A DNA stretch of 64,000 bases. It comes from Eledone cirrhosa. Its lineage: Eukaryota. The stretch lies in contig OZ024740.1 of assembly GCA_964016885.1 (NCBI GenBank), positions 225,928,001 through 225,992,000 on the forward strand, in the 5' to 3' direction. How positions within the stretch are numbered: position 1 is the first letter of the stretch; every line of letters starts with the position of its first letter. Positions 23,962 to 38,452 of this stretch are shown here, in pieces. The position numbers and the translations under genes are program-made. The notes below the pieces were generated by a model. The model saw nothing but the letters and a program-made list of their open reading frames with translations, did not search any database and was not told where the DNA came from.

Positions 23962-24417
23962 TCTATATATATAAAAGCAAGTCGGTCTGTGTGTGTGTGT
24001 CTGTCTGTGTGTGTATCTGTATGTGTACAAATACTAGGCTCCTTTTAACTTTTGAAGTACTAGGCCAATTTGCTTCAAGGAATGATATTTCTATGTCCAG
24101 TGGATGGTCAACGTGGTAGTGGCAGTGCCATCTTACGCATAGGGTTTAGTCTACTGAAGGACATACGGTGCATCTATTCCATCTTTATCCCCTTACAGCA
24201 AGGCCGGACCTGAAATCATACACGTCAATTAACTCAAGTTACCCCATGAATTGTTTTTATGTTGCCCTTTATTTCACTCAATCATGTCACTGTACACCCA
24301 TTTTGTTAAACTTTTTTTTACAATTACATTTCAATTCTTTGCTCAACATTTGGCTCTCTTTATACGGACAAACAGGCTGTCCTTCATTTCCCGAGCAACG
24401 CCGGGTATATCTGCTAG
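23962..24417 (+). mobile_element. Non-autonomous Helitron
   Basis: 5' A|TCTATATATATAAAA, subterminal hairpin CCCGAGCAACGCCGGG, 3' CTAG|T; inserted between A and T without a TSD. Confidence 0.85.
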
Positions 24418-24493
24418 TATAATATATATATCACACACATAAATATACCTATATACATAAATATCTATACACATAAATATGTATATACATACA

Positions 24494-24544
<51 letters not shown>

Positions 24545-24550
24545 ACATAC

Positions 24551-24683
24551 AGAATTAACCGTCGAAACGGGTTGAGCTCAGCCGTCGGGGTCCTACTCGT
24601 TCCTATTACCCACTCTACTACCCTAAGTATTGAGTACTTTGGTGCGTTATGGTCCACCTGGTTCCTTACCACATTTCCTCCGT
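24551..24683 (+). mobile_element. Microsatellite-embedded fragment: 3' half of a hammerhead plus tail
   Basis: GAAA CGG GTTGAGCTCAG CCG TC GGGG (stem III plus GTC triplet), then TTGAGTACTT ~44 nt before (TA)n. Confidence 0.55.
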
Positions 24684-24720
<37 letters not shown>

Positions 24721-26746
24721 ATATACATACATACATATATATAAGTAAATATATAAATATCTCTGAATACATACATATCATTTATACATCTATTTTTCTA
24801 TGCTTATGTTCATTTTTATTGTATAAAGTTCATTTCTATACATATCTATATGACTTTTAATATATATATATACAGATATAGATATATAAATTGTTAATGT
24901 CTATCAGTTTTATTGCATCTTATTAGATCTTCATCTGAGCTGTCTCCATCATTACTCATGATTCCTTCTCTTTTACTCAAGTGATGTTGACTTGTAAGAA
25001 GTAGATATAAATTAGAAAAGAAAATTGATGAAAATAAAAAAATGGATTAAAGTTTCACGTGAAATTCTAAAATTACATACTTACTTATATATATATATAA
25101 TGGATCTGTGCATCATGCACACGTGTATTTATCTATGTATATATGTGTTTACATTTTATTTATTTCATAGGAATAGTTTAGTTATTGAGAAAACCTGAAA
25201 ATGTACCAGAAAAATAGAATTGCTTTATTCAATTTATTTTGCCAAACCATACTACTGCTGCTATCAAGGATTGCATGTCAGGAATGAATAATTGAAACCA
25301 GAACTCAATTGTAAAGTATCTTAGAGCTGTAAGATATTCTAATTCATCTTTCTTCTTTTGTTGATATTTCCTTCCAAGTTTCCTTTCCAATAAATAACAA
25401 TCTGATCAAGAATATTTTTCTAAGAATTTCTTAAAGAACATTTCCATATTATTTCATTGATTTCTCTTTCGCACATCACTCTATCAGACATATTGAAATC
25501 AGAAGAAATTATATTGAAAAATAATGTGTGAACACCATTTTATATATATGTATATATGTATATTACATGTTTGTGTTTTCTCTGTAAGGACTATTGATGA
25601 GAAGTCACAATCATTTTTGATCCTTTTTTCAAAAAAATATGCTATACAAATATATTTCATTTTAATCTCTTTTCAAACTTAGTTACTTCTTTTCATATGA
25701 ACATATAACCTAAATTTTATTCTTTTAGTATATTTTCACTGATTTTCTAACCTTCAGAAATAAATTATATATATTTTGTATAATCCTCTGCTATCTAAAT
25801 CATATTTAAGAAGAACTTTTTCTACCCATCCTTGAAGCAAGTAAACTATCTTTGGTTTGGGTGTTATGACTATTCTATAATACATCGCATCTTGACATTG
25901 ATTACAGCATAGAAAGTTTAATCCATGAACACTTTCTCACATAGATCTTAGCCTCATCAACATACATTATTGTTTGTATGAGATATTCTCTGAGGCAGCT
26001 TTAAGTTTCCTACCATGTTAGCATTGAATCATAATATTGAATCACTATTCCTTTAAACTAGTGATCACCAGCCTGGGTTAATGTGAATCCCAAAAATTTC
26101 ACAAAATTATTTATAGATATTGTGAAAAAAAATAAGAGAGTTTCTACAGGGCTTAATAAATTTTGACAGTTCTTCATGACATTCTTCATGATATTCTAAA
26201 GTTTCTACTTTAATATACTTATATAAAATGTTATAACTTTTTTTATAAGGCAGATTGATTGTATGATTTGTGTTTGTGAATTGCAAAGCTGCTTGGAAGG
26301 AAAACTTGGGTTTTGTGTGCAAAGAACTTACAAATATTGGAAAGAAATGAGGTGAGCATGCTCTGATGGATGTGTAATAAATGAATGCTGAAGGATCAAT
26401 GAGCTGAGAGGGAAAAAATGATCATAAGAAGGAGCAGATGCTGTGTGCAAGAGAGTAGACTGCATTAGTTGGACATGTAATGAATGAATATTTTCATGTT
26501 AGAATAAATGAATTTAAATTGTGTCGAATATTACCAGTTTCAATTGGTATGTCAATCTTGTTAAATAAAAAAATCTTTGTTCTCATATTCTGTGGGTAGT
26601 TATAATATATGTGAATTTTCTCTCAAAATTTCTTCTTATATATATGTTCTTTGTGATGGTGGAAGTGAAGTTTGACAGATCAGGATTGAATTGATTCACT
26701 AGAACATTCTTGTGGTTTAAATAGAAAATTCCTCCATCCCATACAT

Positions 26747-26794
<48 letters not shown>

Positions 26795-28181
26795 GGAATC
26801 TAGTAATTTTGTTTATGAATATCAACAATATATGATCATCTTCAATCTATACGTAAGATGTGTGTTGAAATCGAAACTTGTCCATTGCTGCCTTTAAAAA
26901 TGCAAATTACAATAGTTTAAAAGTGAAGTTTATTCCAGAAAAAAAAAATTAAGTTATTGTCACCACCACTTAAAAATAGTTTCCAATTTCATAAAAATGA
27001 TTTGACCTTTCAATGGTTGAGAAGTTGCTATGATACAAGAAATATAATTTATTTTAGAAATGCTAAATTCAAGTATCTCATAATTTACGGAGTTAGAAAT
27101 CAAACAATAACTTTCTAAAGTGACACCAGAAAAAATATATAAGTATGTATGTGTGTATGTATGTATAGGTGTGTGTATATATGTATGTATGTATGTGAGT
27201 GTGTGTATGAATGCATATTTGTAGATAGGTAGAAAAATGGTAGTGCATTTTACAAAAATGATTGGAAGAAAAGTTGACACTCTAACATTTAAATTCTAAA
27301 GTATGAGACTAAAACATATTTCCACCTAATGAGATGAAGGTAGCATAACCTGGAAAATCAAGATTTTTTTAGAAATTACCATAGATATTCGTGTATAAGC
27401 CGAGGAATATGTGACCAAAAAAATTAATGATAAAAGGGAAATATTCAAGATGAATATTTTGCCAATTTTCATAAACTTCATATCTACATAAAAAGATGCT
27501 CAAATATCTGGAGTGATTGCTTTACAATGAAACACTCTTTCAACACATTTAATACTGCCTATTATTTTAAGTAATTACTAGTTCATGAAGGTTACTGATA
27601 AAGCGCAGGTCACATTGGCCTTTATTGTTTAAAATATTTTTGATATCGAAATATTGAAACTTCATAAAAATATTCTCCCCCTGTAGTAATTTACAAAACC
27701 ATGTCAACTAAACATATGTTCATTAGCTGCTTCAGCTTATACATGGGGTTTGGATTTTTACCCATTTTTCTGTGTCTGAGGGTAACTCTAAATAATAAAT
27801 CAAAATCGGTGATTTTGTAATGTAAATTTTAGATTTTACTGATTAATCAGGGAGTGAAGAGCTGTGCCCATGACACTTTTCAGGGCCTTGTAAATAATTG
27901 GATGAAAGGAGGATTGAATACTTATACTAAGGATATTGCCTGAATGGTTACAAAAGCGTTTACTGTACTAAAGGCACACTAGGATAATGTGGTAGTGTTA
28001 AACCTGGTGAGTGGTTTAGTGTACAACACAGGTGGACTGAAATGGGGTTTGAATAAATACTACAAGGGATCTCACCTGATGCTCTAATAATTCTAGTAAT
28101 CCATCGTCCTGGACTGGCACATTATTTTAGCAACTTCTAAAATCCAATGGGATGATTTGAACTCCGAGTAGAAGTGAATAT

Positions 28182-28375
28182 TATGTGTCGGCTAAAAAGT
28201 TCATAGGCTGACCAAGATACTCTCATGGAATGACCAAATGAGGTTTTTGAACATAGTCCCTGGAAAGATACTATGAAGTTATCAATAAGAAGAATTTAAA
28301 TTAATACATGCAAGATTTCAGTGCTAGCTTCAATCCTTCATAGTGAGCCTATGAACTTTCCAGCTGACCCTCATA
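28182..28375 (+). mobile_element. Tc1/mariner-derived MITE (~195 bp)
   Basis: TIR consensus TAYGAGGGTCAGCTGAAAAGTTCATAGGCTGAC, TA flanks; several copies in the window. Confidence 0.8.
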
Positions 28376-28784
28376 ATTTTGTTTCGAAATTTCAACAGCA
28401 TATTAAATTTTCTACTCCTTATGGGACATATAACAGTACACAAATTATCCTCTTCACATCTTATTCTGCCTGTCAGATAAAGGCTTTCACTTCTATTTCA
28501 ATGATGCTTGTTGAATGGTATGAAGAACAATTGCTCTAGCAATATGAACATGTTAAAATATTCAAAACCTTTTCCTACTATTCTAATGTGGGAAACAATA
28601 TATACAACAGAAAAAGCAATTGAAAATATATAGTAACAAAGCATAGCCTTAGTGTGTTCTTAAATCCACTTGAATTCACTTGAAATAATTGTTCTCTACT
28701 AAACTGTTGAACAAAATATTCTAACATTTCCATTATTTTCAGCACTTCAGTTTTCTGAGACTGAAAATGTTTTTCCTCCAAATC

Positions 28785-29013
28785 TTAATCCTTTAGCATT
28801 CACATTACTCTATATATACTATTATATTTTCATGGTAAAGGCTTTACCTCGCATAATTATCTCACATAATATCGAATCTATGAGATTTTGAAAGAAATTT
28901 ATTTTGAGAATAATACCTTAACATCAGTTTGAGTGACCAGTTACAGCCAGTTTCAACAGAAAAAGGTAGAGAATTCTGACCGGTTTTGGCTGGTTTGAAC
29001 ATTAAAGGGTTAA
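28785..29013. mobile_element. piggyBac-like MITE
   Basis: TTAA flanks, termini (T/C)CCTTTA...TAAAGGG; second copy at 60594-61028. Confidence 0.8.
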
Positions 29014-29069
29014 ATGTTCAAGATTATGTTGTTTTCCTTTTACTAAACAATGATGAAAAATGCTTCCAA

Positions 29070-29272
29070 CTAATGCTTTCTGATTTAGACACGGCCAACA
29101 ATTATGGGGGAAGGGAAAGTTGATTAAATCCACTCCAGTGTGTTACTGGTACTTTATTTTATCAACCCTGTAAGGATGAAAGGCTAAGCTAATCTTGGTG
29201 GGATTTCAACTCAGAACGCAAATGGACATATCTATATGGTACAAAACCTTTGATCTGGTACTCTACCAATCA
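29070..29272 (-). mobile_element. tRNA-derived SINE
   Basis: ACTGGTACTTTATTTTATCAACCCTGTAAGGATGAAAGGC...TTTCAACTCAGA. Confidence 0.75.
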
Positions 29273-30197
29273 TTTAAATTTAAATACTTTGCCCATATAT
29301 AGGAAATCATGAGTCTACCCTTAAAGTGGAAATTAAAGGATTTAAATCTTTATTTGAGCATTTCAAATCAAGCAAGGGTTTTTCAGTCTGATGAAGTTTT
29401 GTTTTTATTTATTTATCTATTTATTACTGTTTAGTCAAGGAGAGAAGAGCACTGTCCATGGCTTTTTCAGGGCCCCTGAGACTGATGAGAGGAGAGAAGT
29501 AGGTATCCTCAAAGCAGTTTTATTGTTAAAAGAATGCAAGGACTAGATTTTGGTCTTAAACTGGCAACAAATTAAGTTTATCACCCACATATGTCATAGC
29601 AGGATTAGCATTCAGAATGCAAAAAGCTGAGATAAATGCTGCTTTGCTTTTCATTTGATGCTCTCACAAATTGGCCAATCCGCCATGCTGAATTGGAATT
29701 TTATCATATTAACCCTAAAAAATGAAAGGCAAAGTTAAAATGTATCCTTAATGAGAGTTGACGACAGAGTGCAGAGGGCTGGAACAAATACAGCAAGGTA
29801 TTGTGTTTTATGCTCTTATAACCCTGCCATTTGGCTGTGTTTATGACAACACAATTATTACAAACCTCAGTAAGGAGTAGATGTCTGGAACAATGAAAAA
29901 TCGTGAATTGTGGAGAGACTTTGTCAGGAATGTTCAAGCAAATGTTCAAAACTTCAATGATGGTGATAACAACAGGTTCTTCAACTATGTATGAACAGGT
30001 AAACACATTTGCTCAAATTCAATCCATTCTCACACTTGTTCCTTGATCCTTTCAGTCTTTTTTTTTGTTTTATGGCTAAACAAAAGATGATGTGGGGGGA
30101 AAGAGAGGAATTTATCTTCAGATAAGATATCTATCTCAAATGCTTGCATAAAAGAAAACTTCAGTAGAGGCGCCTAAAAGCTATGTAGTTGTGTTAA

Positions 30198-30352
30198 AGG
30201 TGGCGAATTGGCAGAGTTATTAAGACGTCAGGTAGAATCTTTATGGTACTTGTCCCACCTCATTGCAGGCTCTGAGTTCAAATCCTGCCATGGTCAACTT
30301 TGCATTTCCTCCTTTTAAGGTCAATAAAAAAAAATGTACCAGTCCATTACTG
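30198..30352 (+). mobile_element. tRNA-derived SINE (degenerate)
   Basis: AGGTGGCGAATTGGCAGAG...TCTGAGTTCAAATCCTGCC...GTACCAG. Confidence 0.75.
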
Positions 30353-31059
30353 GACCATTTTTTCTTCTATAGAAAAAATTGGCTGTGATCAGACCTGGAG
30401 TGGTTTGGGCTCCGCCAGGTTTAAAAGTGCCTAAGACACATTGTATGACAGTGCCTCAATGACTAACGAACAAGTTATGGGATCTTTATCCTTTTATCAT
30501 ATACAAAATTATGATAATGATGATGATGGCAGTAGTAAAAGTATTCATGATGGTGGGGGTATTATTATAGAAGCTGAAGTTCATGAAACAGGACAAAAAA
30601 AATGTTAATGATTAAGTTTACTTCGTAAAAGGCCTTAGTATGAGATGCGTGTGAATGAGATATAGAAAATGTACTGGATTCATCTAGACCAGGGTTTCCC
30701 AACCTGAGCAAGATCACCCACTGGGGGGGGGGGGGTGATTTCAACTGTTGGATGGATGATGAGCAACTGAAGAAAAAATGGTGGGCAGTTGGAAATTTTG
30801 GTTGGCAGTATAAGATTTTGAGTATTAAGAAAAGTATTTTAACATATGCTACCCACCAAAAAATATTCAAACTAGATATGCAAAGAATCTGTATTTAAAA
30901 AAAAAAGGACACTAAGTGAAAATAACGAAACAATAACAAAGGTTTACCAAACATTTTTGCTATGCCTTTAAATAATTATTATACTGGTGGGCAGTAGAAA
31001 ATGATTCCATGTATAAGTGGGCAATGGCACAAAATGGCTGGGAACCTTTTATCTAGATG

Positions 31060-31345
31060 GTGACAATGGCAGCATTAATGATGATAACAATGATAATAAT
31101 TATAATACTGGTGATTGTAGTGGTGGTGCTGGTTCTGGTGTTTGTTGTTGTGGTGGTGTTAGTGGTAGTGGAGGTGGTGCTAGAAGTGGTAGTGGTGCTG
31201 CTCGTGCTAGTGGTAATAGTGATAGTGCTTGAAGTGGTGGTGGCAGTGATGATGGTGGTGCCGCATTGAGCTTGTGCTTGTGGTAATGGTGGTGATATTG
31301 GTGGTGGTTTGGGTGCCAGTAGTGCTGGTGGTGGTGGTAGTGTTG
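31060..31345. repeat. Degenerate (GGT/GAT/AGT)n trinucleotide tract
   Basis: Direct inspection. Confidence 0.85.
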
Positions 31346-31904
31346 AAAATGGTACTAGATGCCTACACATGATAAAGTTCACAAAGGAAGATTTCAAAAC
31401 CTTATTTTCTAACAATACATATAGTACATAATTTAGATGTATATTATATTGATTTTCTTTTGACTAATTTTCAATAGGAGGTGGGTGGGAAATTGTAATT
31501 TGGATAATTAAATTGAACCTAGTATCATTGACACCAATATATATTGCATTAACACCAATGAGATGAAACACAAAGACACTATTGGAATTAAGGCCACAGA
31601 GGAAATTAAATTAAATGTTACCCTATTTTTTCTGAAGATCCGTTATCTATAATATTTCTATAATATTCAAATACCATAAATCAACCATACTAATAGAGCA
31701 TGTGCATATATATATATATATATATATATAACTTTGATAGGTTTCAAACAGTGTTGGCCCAGACCATGTTTAATATATTTATATTTATTACTCTTTAAAA
31801 CTTACATAAATGTACACACACATGCACACAATGCATTTCCTATCTCAGTCATATTGCTACAGTAAGAAGCTTGCTTTCCACTCATAAAGTCCTGGGTTCT
31901 AACC

Positions 31905-31950
<46 letters not shown>

Positions 31951-31959
31951 AATGATCAC

Positions 31960-33200
31960 TCCACCTGTTGCAGACAGTGCTCCAACAATAGATATTCTTC
32001 TCCACAAAGTTTGGTCACTAACAGCAAAGGCCAACTCCAGTTCATAAGTTGACATTATCAATCCATCGTTTCGGCTGTTGACCTTTGCTTTCCTTACCAG
32101 TTAACTTTCCTTCTAGGCATAACTTACTCACACCACAAGTTGGTCTTTTGATATAATCATAGGGTTTAAGTACTCTTGACTTGATAACTGATGTGTTTGG
32201 TTTAAGCTTGGTAATGTTTAGTAGGCATTTGTTAGTCATAAGTCTCATGATGTAGTCCTGGAATGTAGAGAGCTTCTGAAGTGACCTTGTCATCCAGATA
32301 AAGCAGTCAAAATGATATGATACTACTCGTAGGATGTAAGTGTTAAAGATCTTAGCCTTCAAATGATAACTCGTTTTAATGTTAGCACTTCCTTGTTCCT
32401 GTTGAAAGTGCCCAACCCAGAGTGATGCAATACTACACAGCAACCATTCCATTGTTGTTTGTTGATAGTTTGTGACCAAGATATACAAACTACTTAATTC
32501 CAGCAATTTGCTGGTTATAGATTGTGAGTTGGAGATTGACATTGTTTTTATCAGTTGTCATACACTTCGGTTCGGAGATGATGTGTAAGCCAGCTTCTTA
32601 TGCTTTTTTATCCAGTATATTCAGAAAGTTGGAGAACAGTTCTAGAATAACTTATGATGGCCAGATCATCTACATAGCTAAGATTTGATAGGATTTGACC
32701 TCTTATTTGATAGTTGGAAGAGCATTCTTCTTCAGTTTGGTAGATAAGTGCAGCTATAACGATACAGAATAGAAGTGCTGATTATACATCTCCCTGCTTA
32801 ACTCCCTTCAAGATGTCTATGCACTATGTAGTTCCCAAATCTGTTTTGATATATGCTGTTGAGTTGTTGTAAGTTTCAACCAGTAGGTTGATGTATTTCT
32901 TGTTAATTGAGGTTTTGTTTAAGATTTGCCATAAGTTGGATAGGTGATGTGCACAGGGTTATTTAATTCTATTGATTTCTCAATGACTTGTTCAATAGCT
33001 AGGATCTGCTCAATGGTGCCTCTTCCAGGTTGATATGCAGTGCCTCTTCCAGGTTGATATGCAGCTTGTGTTTCAGGAAATGAGGCATAAAGGGTTGACT
33101 TCACTCATGCTGCAATGATACTCATATAAAATTTGTAAACATGAATCAACAGGCTGATAGGATTATAGTTACCACAATCCAGTCTGCTACCTTTTTTGTA
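31960..33200 (-). pseudogene. Degenerate RTE-type LINE RT region
   Basis: DCGNYNPISLL, ETQAAYQPGRGTIEQI..IEQVIEK, GVKQGDV, LSYVDDL, LCLEGKLTGKESKGQQPKRWIDNV; includes a 24-bp tandem duplication at ~33017-33064. Confidence 0.8.
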
Positions 33201-34705
33201 GAGTACATTTTCCACAATAAATAATAGTTCTCCAAAGTTACTCAAACATTTAACTCTGTATGTCATTTATGTATATATGTCATTTATATATATATGTCAT
33301 TTATGTATATATGCAATTGAGCAATTTTGATTGGTTGGTTAATATTGAAGCTTGTATTTATAGCAGTAGTACTTCATAACAAAAAAACAACAACAAAGGT
33401 AAAGAAATTTGTTAACTACTAGAGCTAATTATTTCATTCAAAAATATTCATTTCAATTTTTTTAATATATTTTTTATCCATTTACTGATACAATTTCATT
33501 TCTCCCACTTTTGATACTGTTGTTGTTGTTATCAACTTCTACTGCTATAGCTACCAGCCTCAATGTTAAATTACCAATCAAAATTGCTCATTATGATACT
33601 GCTGTCCTTTAAAAAAGTGCATTGCAATGAGGATCTTGTAACACCTGAGAAAGTCTTAGGGACCCCGTATTGCCATACAGCATTTCTAGGGCATTTAAAA
33701 ACTTATCAGAGCCCATCTCTCCAGGCCTGAGTACAGAAGATTTCTACCAGAAAAGAATAAAGAGTGAGAGAATGGAAGGAATATAGAGGAAGGATCGACT
33801 CGAATATAGAGGAAGGATCAACTCAGTACTTGACTGGTACTTTTTATATCGACATCGAAAGGATGACAGATAAAGTTGACCTTGGTGTTATTTTAACTCA
33901 GAGAACAGAGTCAAAGCAATATTACAATTTGCTGCATTCACGATAAAAAGTACTTGCAGTAAATCAAACAGTTAACAAAGGCCAACACTCTATATTGCTC
34001 AAATTAATATGGTATCGATAGACAAGATAAAGATACCAGTTATGTCTATGTTTGCCATAAAAAACAACATATGAGAAATTAAACAAATATGTTACTGCAG
34101 AAATAAAAGCCAAACTGGAGTAGTTTTATTTTGCTTTCATTATTGAATACTTCTTAAAAAAATGAAAATATGAACACATATAATAAATGTAATCAATTAT
34201 TGCTAGGAACTGTACAAATATAATGCACAAAAATATATAATCTAAGTGAGAAAAAAAAGAAACAAAAATATATATCCTAGGAATAAATTAACAAAATATT
34301 ATTCCCATCTTTAATCACTTCCACAAGTCAATGATCAACATAATATATAAGGTTTCTCTTATACAAACCATTAATTTATAAAAGTACAGATTTCTCAGTC
34401 TGTATGATTGTTCATATATTTGGTAATTCTGGTATTCTGGTATAGAAGGCATACCAATTCTAGACTCTAAATATTAAATACTTTCAACACTATTTCTGTC
34501 ACTTTGTCCATTAGTCCTATGCGAGCAAGACAACCACTCTTGCCTCAAGTGGGAAAACTCCCGTCCAAACCCATGCAAGCGTGGAACATGGACGTTAAAC
34601 GATGATGATGATGATGATGATGAATATTCTAAATGCTCTATAGTTCTTCTTTGGCTTTTTTGTAACTTCCATTGAGTTTAATAGCAGGTAGGTCACATTG
34701 AGATA

Positions 34706-34860
34706 AGGTGGTAAATTGGCAGAATCATTAGATCATTGGATTATATGCCTCAGTACTTGTTCAGGCTCACTGCACTCTCAGTTCAAATCCCACTATGGTA
34801 AATTTTGCTCTTTGCCTTTCATTCTTTTGAGGTAGATAAAGTATCAGTTGAGTACTGGAG
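34706..34860 (+). mobile_element. tRNA-derived SINE (degenerate)
   Basis: AGGTGGTAAATTGGCAGAATC...CAGTTCAAATCCC...TTTGCCTTTCATTC...GATAAA. Confidence 0.7.
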
Positions 34861-35177
34861 TCAATTCTTCTTCTTTTTCTTCACCTCCTCTCACTTGTTC
34901 CTGAGAGGGTCATGGGGACAGAGTCTTCAAAAACTCCTTACAGTGGGTCCTGTCAGTCAGATCATACATAATTATTTCTGGCTTGGTATTATGGCTGGAT
35001 TCCCTTCCTAATGCCAACCATACTTTCAGTGTAGACTGGCTGATTTTTGTTGTGGCACCAAATTGACCACTTTACAATGTGGACTGGTGCTTTTTGTCAG
35101 GATTGGGTGCATTTATGGTCAGAGATGTGACAAGGGAAGGGATAAATTAGCTTAGGCAAATAACAAGAGATAAAGGT

Positions 35178-35236
35178 TCTTCTTCTTCTTCTTCTTCTTC
35201 TTCTTCTTCTTCTTCTTCTTCTTCTTCTTCTTCTTT

Positions 35237-35269
<33 letters not shown>

Positions 35270-35270
35270 T
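35178..35270. repeat. (CTT)n microsatellite
   Basis: Direct inspection. Confidence 0.95.
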
Positions 35271-35664
35271 CTCTGTCTTTAAGAAATTCGTTATTTTCAG
35301 GCCTGTAGGAGGGTGGGTTCTATCAGGTTTTAAAAACTGCTCAAGATGCAACATCCCTTTGATTCCATCAAGAAGCAAGGATGCTTTCTTTTCCTTTCCA
35401 TATTGAGATATTGGTTCCTGACATGATTTAAGAATTCGGGTTTGATGGTCTGGTATTTCAGTGTTGAGAATAGTTTACTATATTTTTCCAGCTTCCATTC
35501 TACCACACACTTCTCTTTATTATAGTTATCATGGGTTTCATGATCTGTTATTTCAATGTTAACAATGGTTGACTATATCTTGCCAGCTTCTATTCTACCA
35601 CACACTTCTGTTTATTATTGTTTTTATACTGCTTTCTGCATGAGTCAGTAATAGTGTTACATTT

Positions 35665-35851
35665 TATAAGAGTCGCCTTAAAAGTTCAGGAGTGATGTTA
35701 GGGCTGTGAATTCTTGCAAGCATTAATTTCAACTGTTCTCATTAATAACTGCCTTTTTTCTTTCCAGGGACTATGTTGAAAAATATACCTCATTTGTTCA
35801 ATCTAATAGAGTATCTTGGTTAGACTATGAACTTTTCAGCTGACGCTCATA
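35665..35851 (-). mobile_element. Mariner-derived MITE, degenerate
   Basis: ...GAGTATCTTGGTTAGACTATGAACTTTTCAGCTGACGCTCATA matches the family TIR. Confidence 0.7.
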
Positions 35852-37955
35852 TAATAGATTCAATATTTCATCAAAGGGTTGCCATAATTTTATTATCGTT
35901 TTTACAGGTTTAATTGTTACTGAATATTTTTTTAAAGAATGTTGTACAGATAGTCAGAGTGAAGAGCTGCGGGATCTTTATTATTCTAAAAATTAAGTAT
36001 GATTGTACTTTGGAGGAATTTTTATGACCTGAGAACATTTATCAAGATTTTGACCCCTTTCTGGTTCTGAAGAAAGATATATGTATTTGAGAAGTAATAA
36101 CAATAAGATATTTTGTTTCTAGCAACTTTGGCATTCATGTTTCATAAAGCATACATTTCATTTACATATTGGCTTCATATTTAGCATGAATTATGTCTGT
36201 GTTTCACTAAAATTGCAGTTGTTAAAATCAAAGAAAGAAAGACCACAGGAGAGAATACAAGAACCAGAGATTATTTGGAAATTGAATAATTTTCTGAAAA
36301 CATTTTTAATTAAATTTCCATGTCAATTTCGTAATAGTTATTCCAAATTATGTAAATAAATCTAACTATTTTTAATTGCTTTCGCCTCTAGATATTTTTG
36401 AATATTAGAAAATAAAATAAAATGAATTAAATTTACATTGGCTCTAATGGCAATCATAAATAAATTTGTAAATGTGTCAGCTGCTCTTACTTTTTGTTTG
36501 TAATGGAAAACAATTATTGTCTCAACAATCAATTTCAGTAGCTCTATGGTTAAAGTGTTGGGTATATGATGTGGGAATCCTGTGATTCATCCTATTCTGC
36601 TTGCAGGCAATAATTTTATTTGTCAGCCCCATCTTTAGTAACACATTTAGCACTGGTTATTGCATAGTTTACACAGGATTTAAAATGAATGTCAATTTGG
36701 TTGTCTGAAGGCTTAACATAAAGTCCACCACTGCTGGTGTATTTATATAAAGGAAAGACATTAATATTATTTAAGACAACAACAACAGCAACAGCTGCTG
36801 CTGTTACCACCACCACTACTGGTAATACCCCCACTGTCATTATCACTGCCCCCTCTACCACTGCCACTACTGCCATGGTTGTCAATGATGATGATGAAGG
36901 TGAGTTTCCTATTGCTGGTCTGACCTCATCCAGCAAATTCCTTGCTAGGTTCTTTAAACTACAGCTGCTTATAGAAGAGAAGAATACACAAATATACAAC
37001 CCTAGACATTATACTTATATAATCAAGTTATAAAACATCTCACAAATTTATTGGTTAAGATTAAAGCTAGAGAAGGAGCTTCTAAATGATTGCATGATCT
37101 ATCGAAGATATCAACAGATTCTGCTTTAAATCACACCCTACTATCTTAGATGACAGATGTAATCCATTTACTAGTTTAACACTACCACATGGCACATGAA
37201 TGCTTTTAGCAGAGTCCCCTCTGATGCAAGCAACTGAAATCTCTGTAATGTCTCTGGTTTGAGTATACCATCCCTCCCTAACACCTGTCTCCTTGTCTAA
37301 GAGACCCTGAAAATTGTCATGGATATTGCCATATCCTCCCTGACTAAAATTGGTTTAAAAAAGATACATTGGATGATTAATCTTAAATACACTGTTGCTG
37401 AACAAAAATGGGATTATCTCATATAGAACACTTACTTTTCATCACAGGTCTGCCCAATTAAAGATGATCTGAAGATCAAGAACAACCACAACACCTATCA
37501 ACACATATCAACACATATCAACACATATCCAATAGTCTTTACATCTTTCAAATGGTATATGCATATAAATAAAATTAATACTAGAAGACACAGCAGCTAT
37601 CTTTGCTCAGGAAATATAAGGGATTATAAAGTTGATGTTGTGTCAGACTATCTAGCACTATAGATAGCAACAATTATTGTCCAGAATGTGAAAGCTATGT
37701 GTATCTAAAACAATTGTCTTATATGTCTAAAATATATTTAGTGTTTTTGTACTTATAACTAATATGTTATAACCCCAATTACAGCAAGACTAGAAACGTG
37801 GATCTTTTTCTGTGTTGAAGATAAATGTTTTAGTTGTTTGATCAATGAGACAGCCTACAGGCTAAATTAAGGACTGAGTATTCATTGAGGCAATTCTCAG
37901 GGAAATTCAGCATGACACAGGTTCACAAGATTGGATATTTGAATGCGAAGTACCA

Positions 37956-38157
37956 TATGTTGGTTGGTTGAAAAGTTCATAGGCTGACTAAGATACTCTC
38001 ATGGAATGACCAAATGAGGTTTATTTTTCAACATAGTCCCTGGAAAGATATAATGCCATTATTCATAAAAAGATTTGAAAATAATGCCTGCGGAATTTCA
38101 TAGCTCTGGCATCACTCTTTCATAGTCAGCCAATGGACATTTCAGTTGACCCTCGTA
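37956..38157 (+). mobile_element. Mariner-derived MITE
   Basis: GAAAAGTTCATAGGCTGAC...TTTCAGTTGACCCTCGTA. Confidence 0.8.
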
Positions 38158-38265
38158 CATTCCATTTGAAGAACAGACTTCCAAATAGTGTCCATCTATC
38201 CAATTCAAGTCACAAGACTTGGGTGTGACATGAGATTTTGGCAAAATACATTTATCCAAGAAGCA

Positions 38266-38452
38266 ATAATTGTTTCTACTTTAGGCACAAGGCCAGCAAC
38301 TACCCAGTGCATTACTGGTACTTTATTTTATCGACCCTGTAAGGATGAAAGGCAAAGTCAACCTCGGCGGGATTTGAACTCAGATCGTAAAGGGACGTAA
38401 CTATGCTTGAAAGCATGGCGGCCGACTCTCTACCGATACTGCCAATCCACTG
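38266..38452 (-). mobile_element. Full-length tRNA-derived SINE
   Basis: Reverse complement closely matches the copies at 56575 and 60632. Confidence 0.88.

Noticed and set aside
29704-30006. 100-aa minus-strand ORF as a possible host exon
   Set aside because: No recognisable domain; the plus strand reads MKNRELWRDFV, typical of an RTE LINE C-terminus.
35097-35378. Poly-Arg ORF resembling a protamine
   Set aside because: Produced by a (CTT)n microsatellite.
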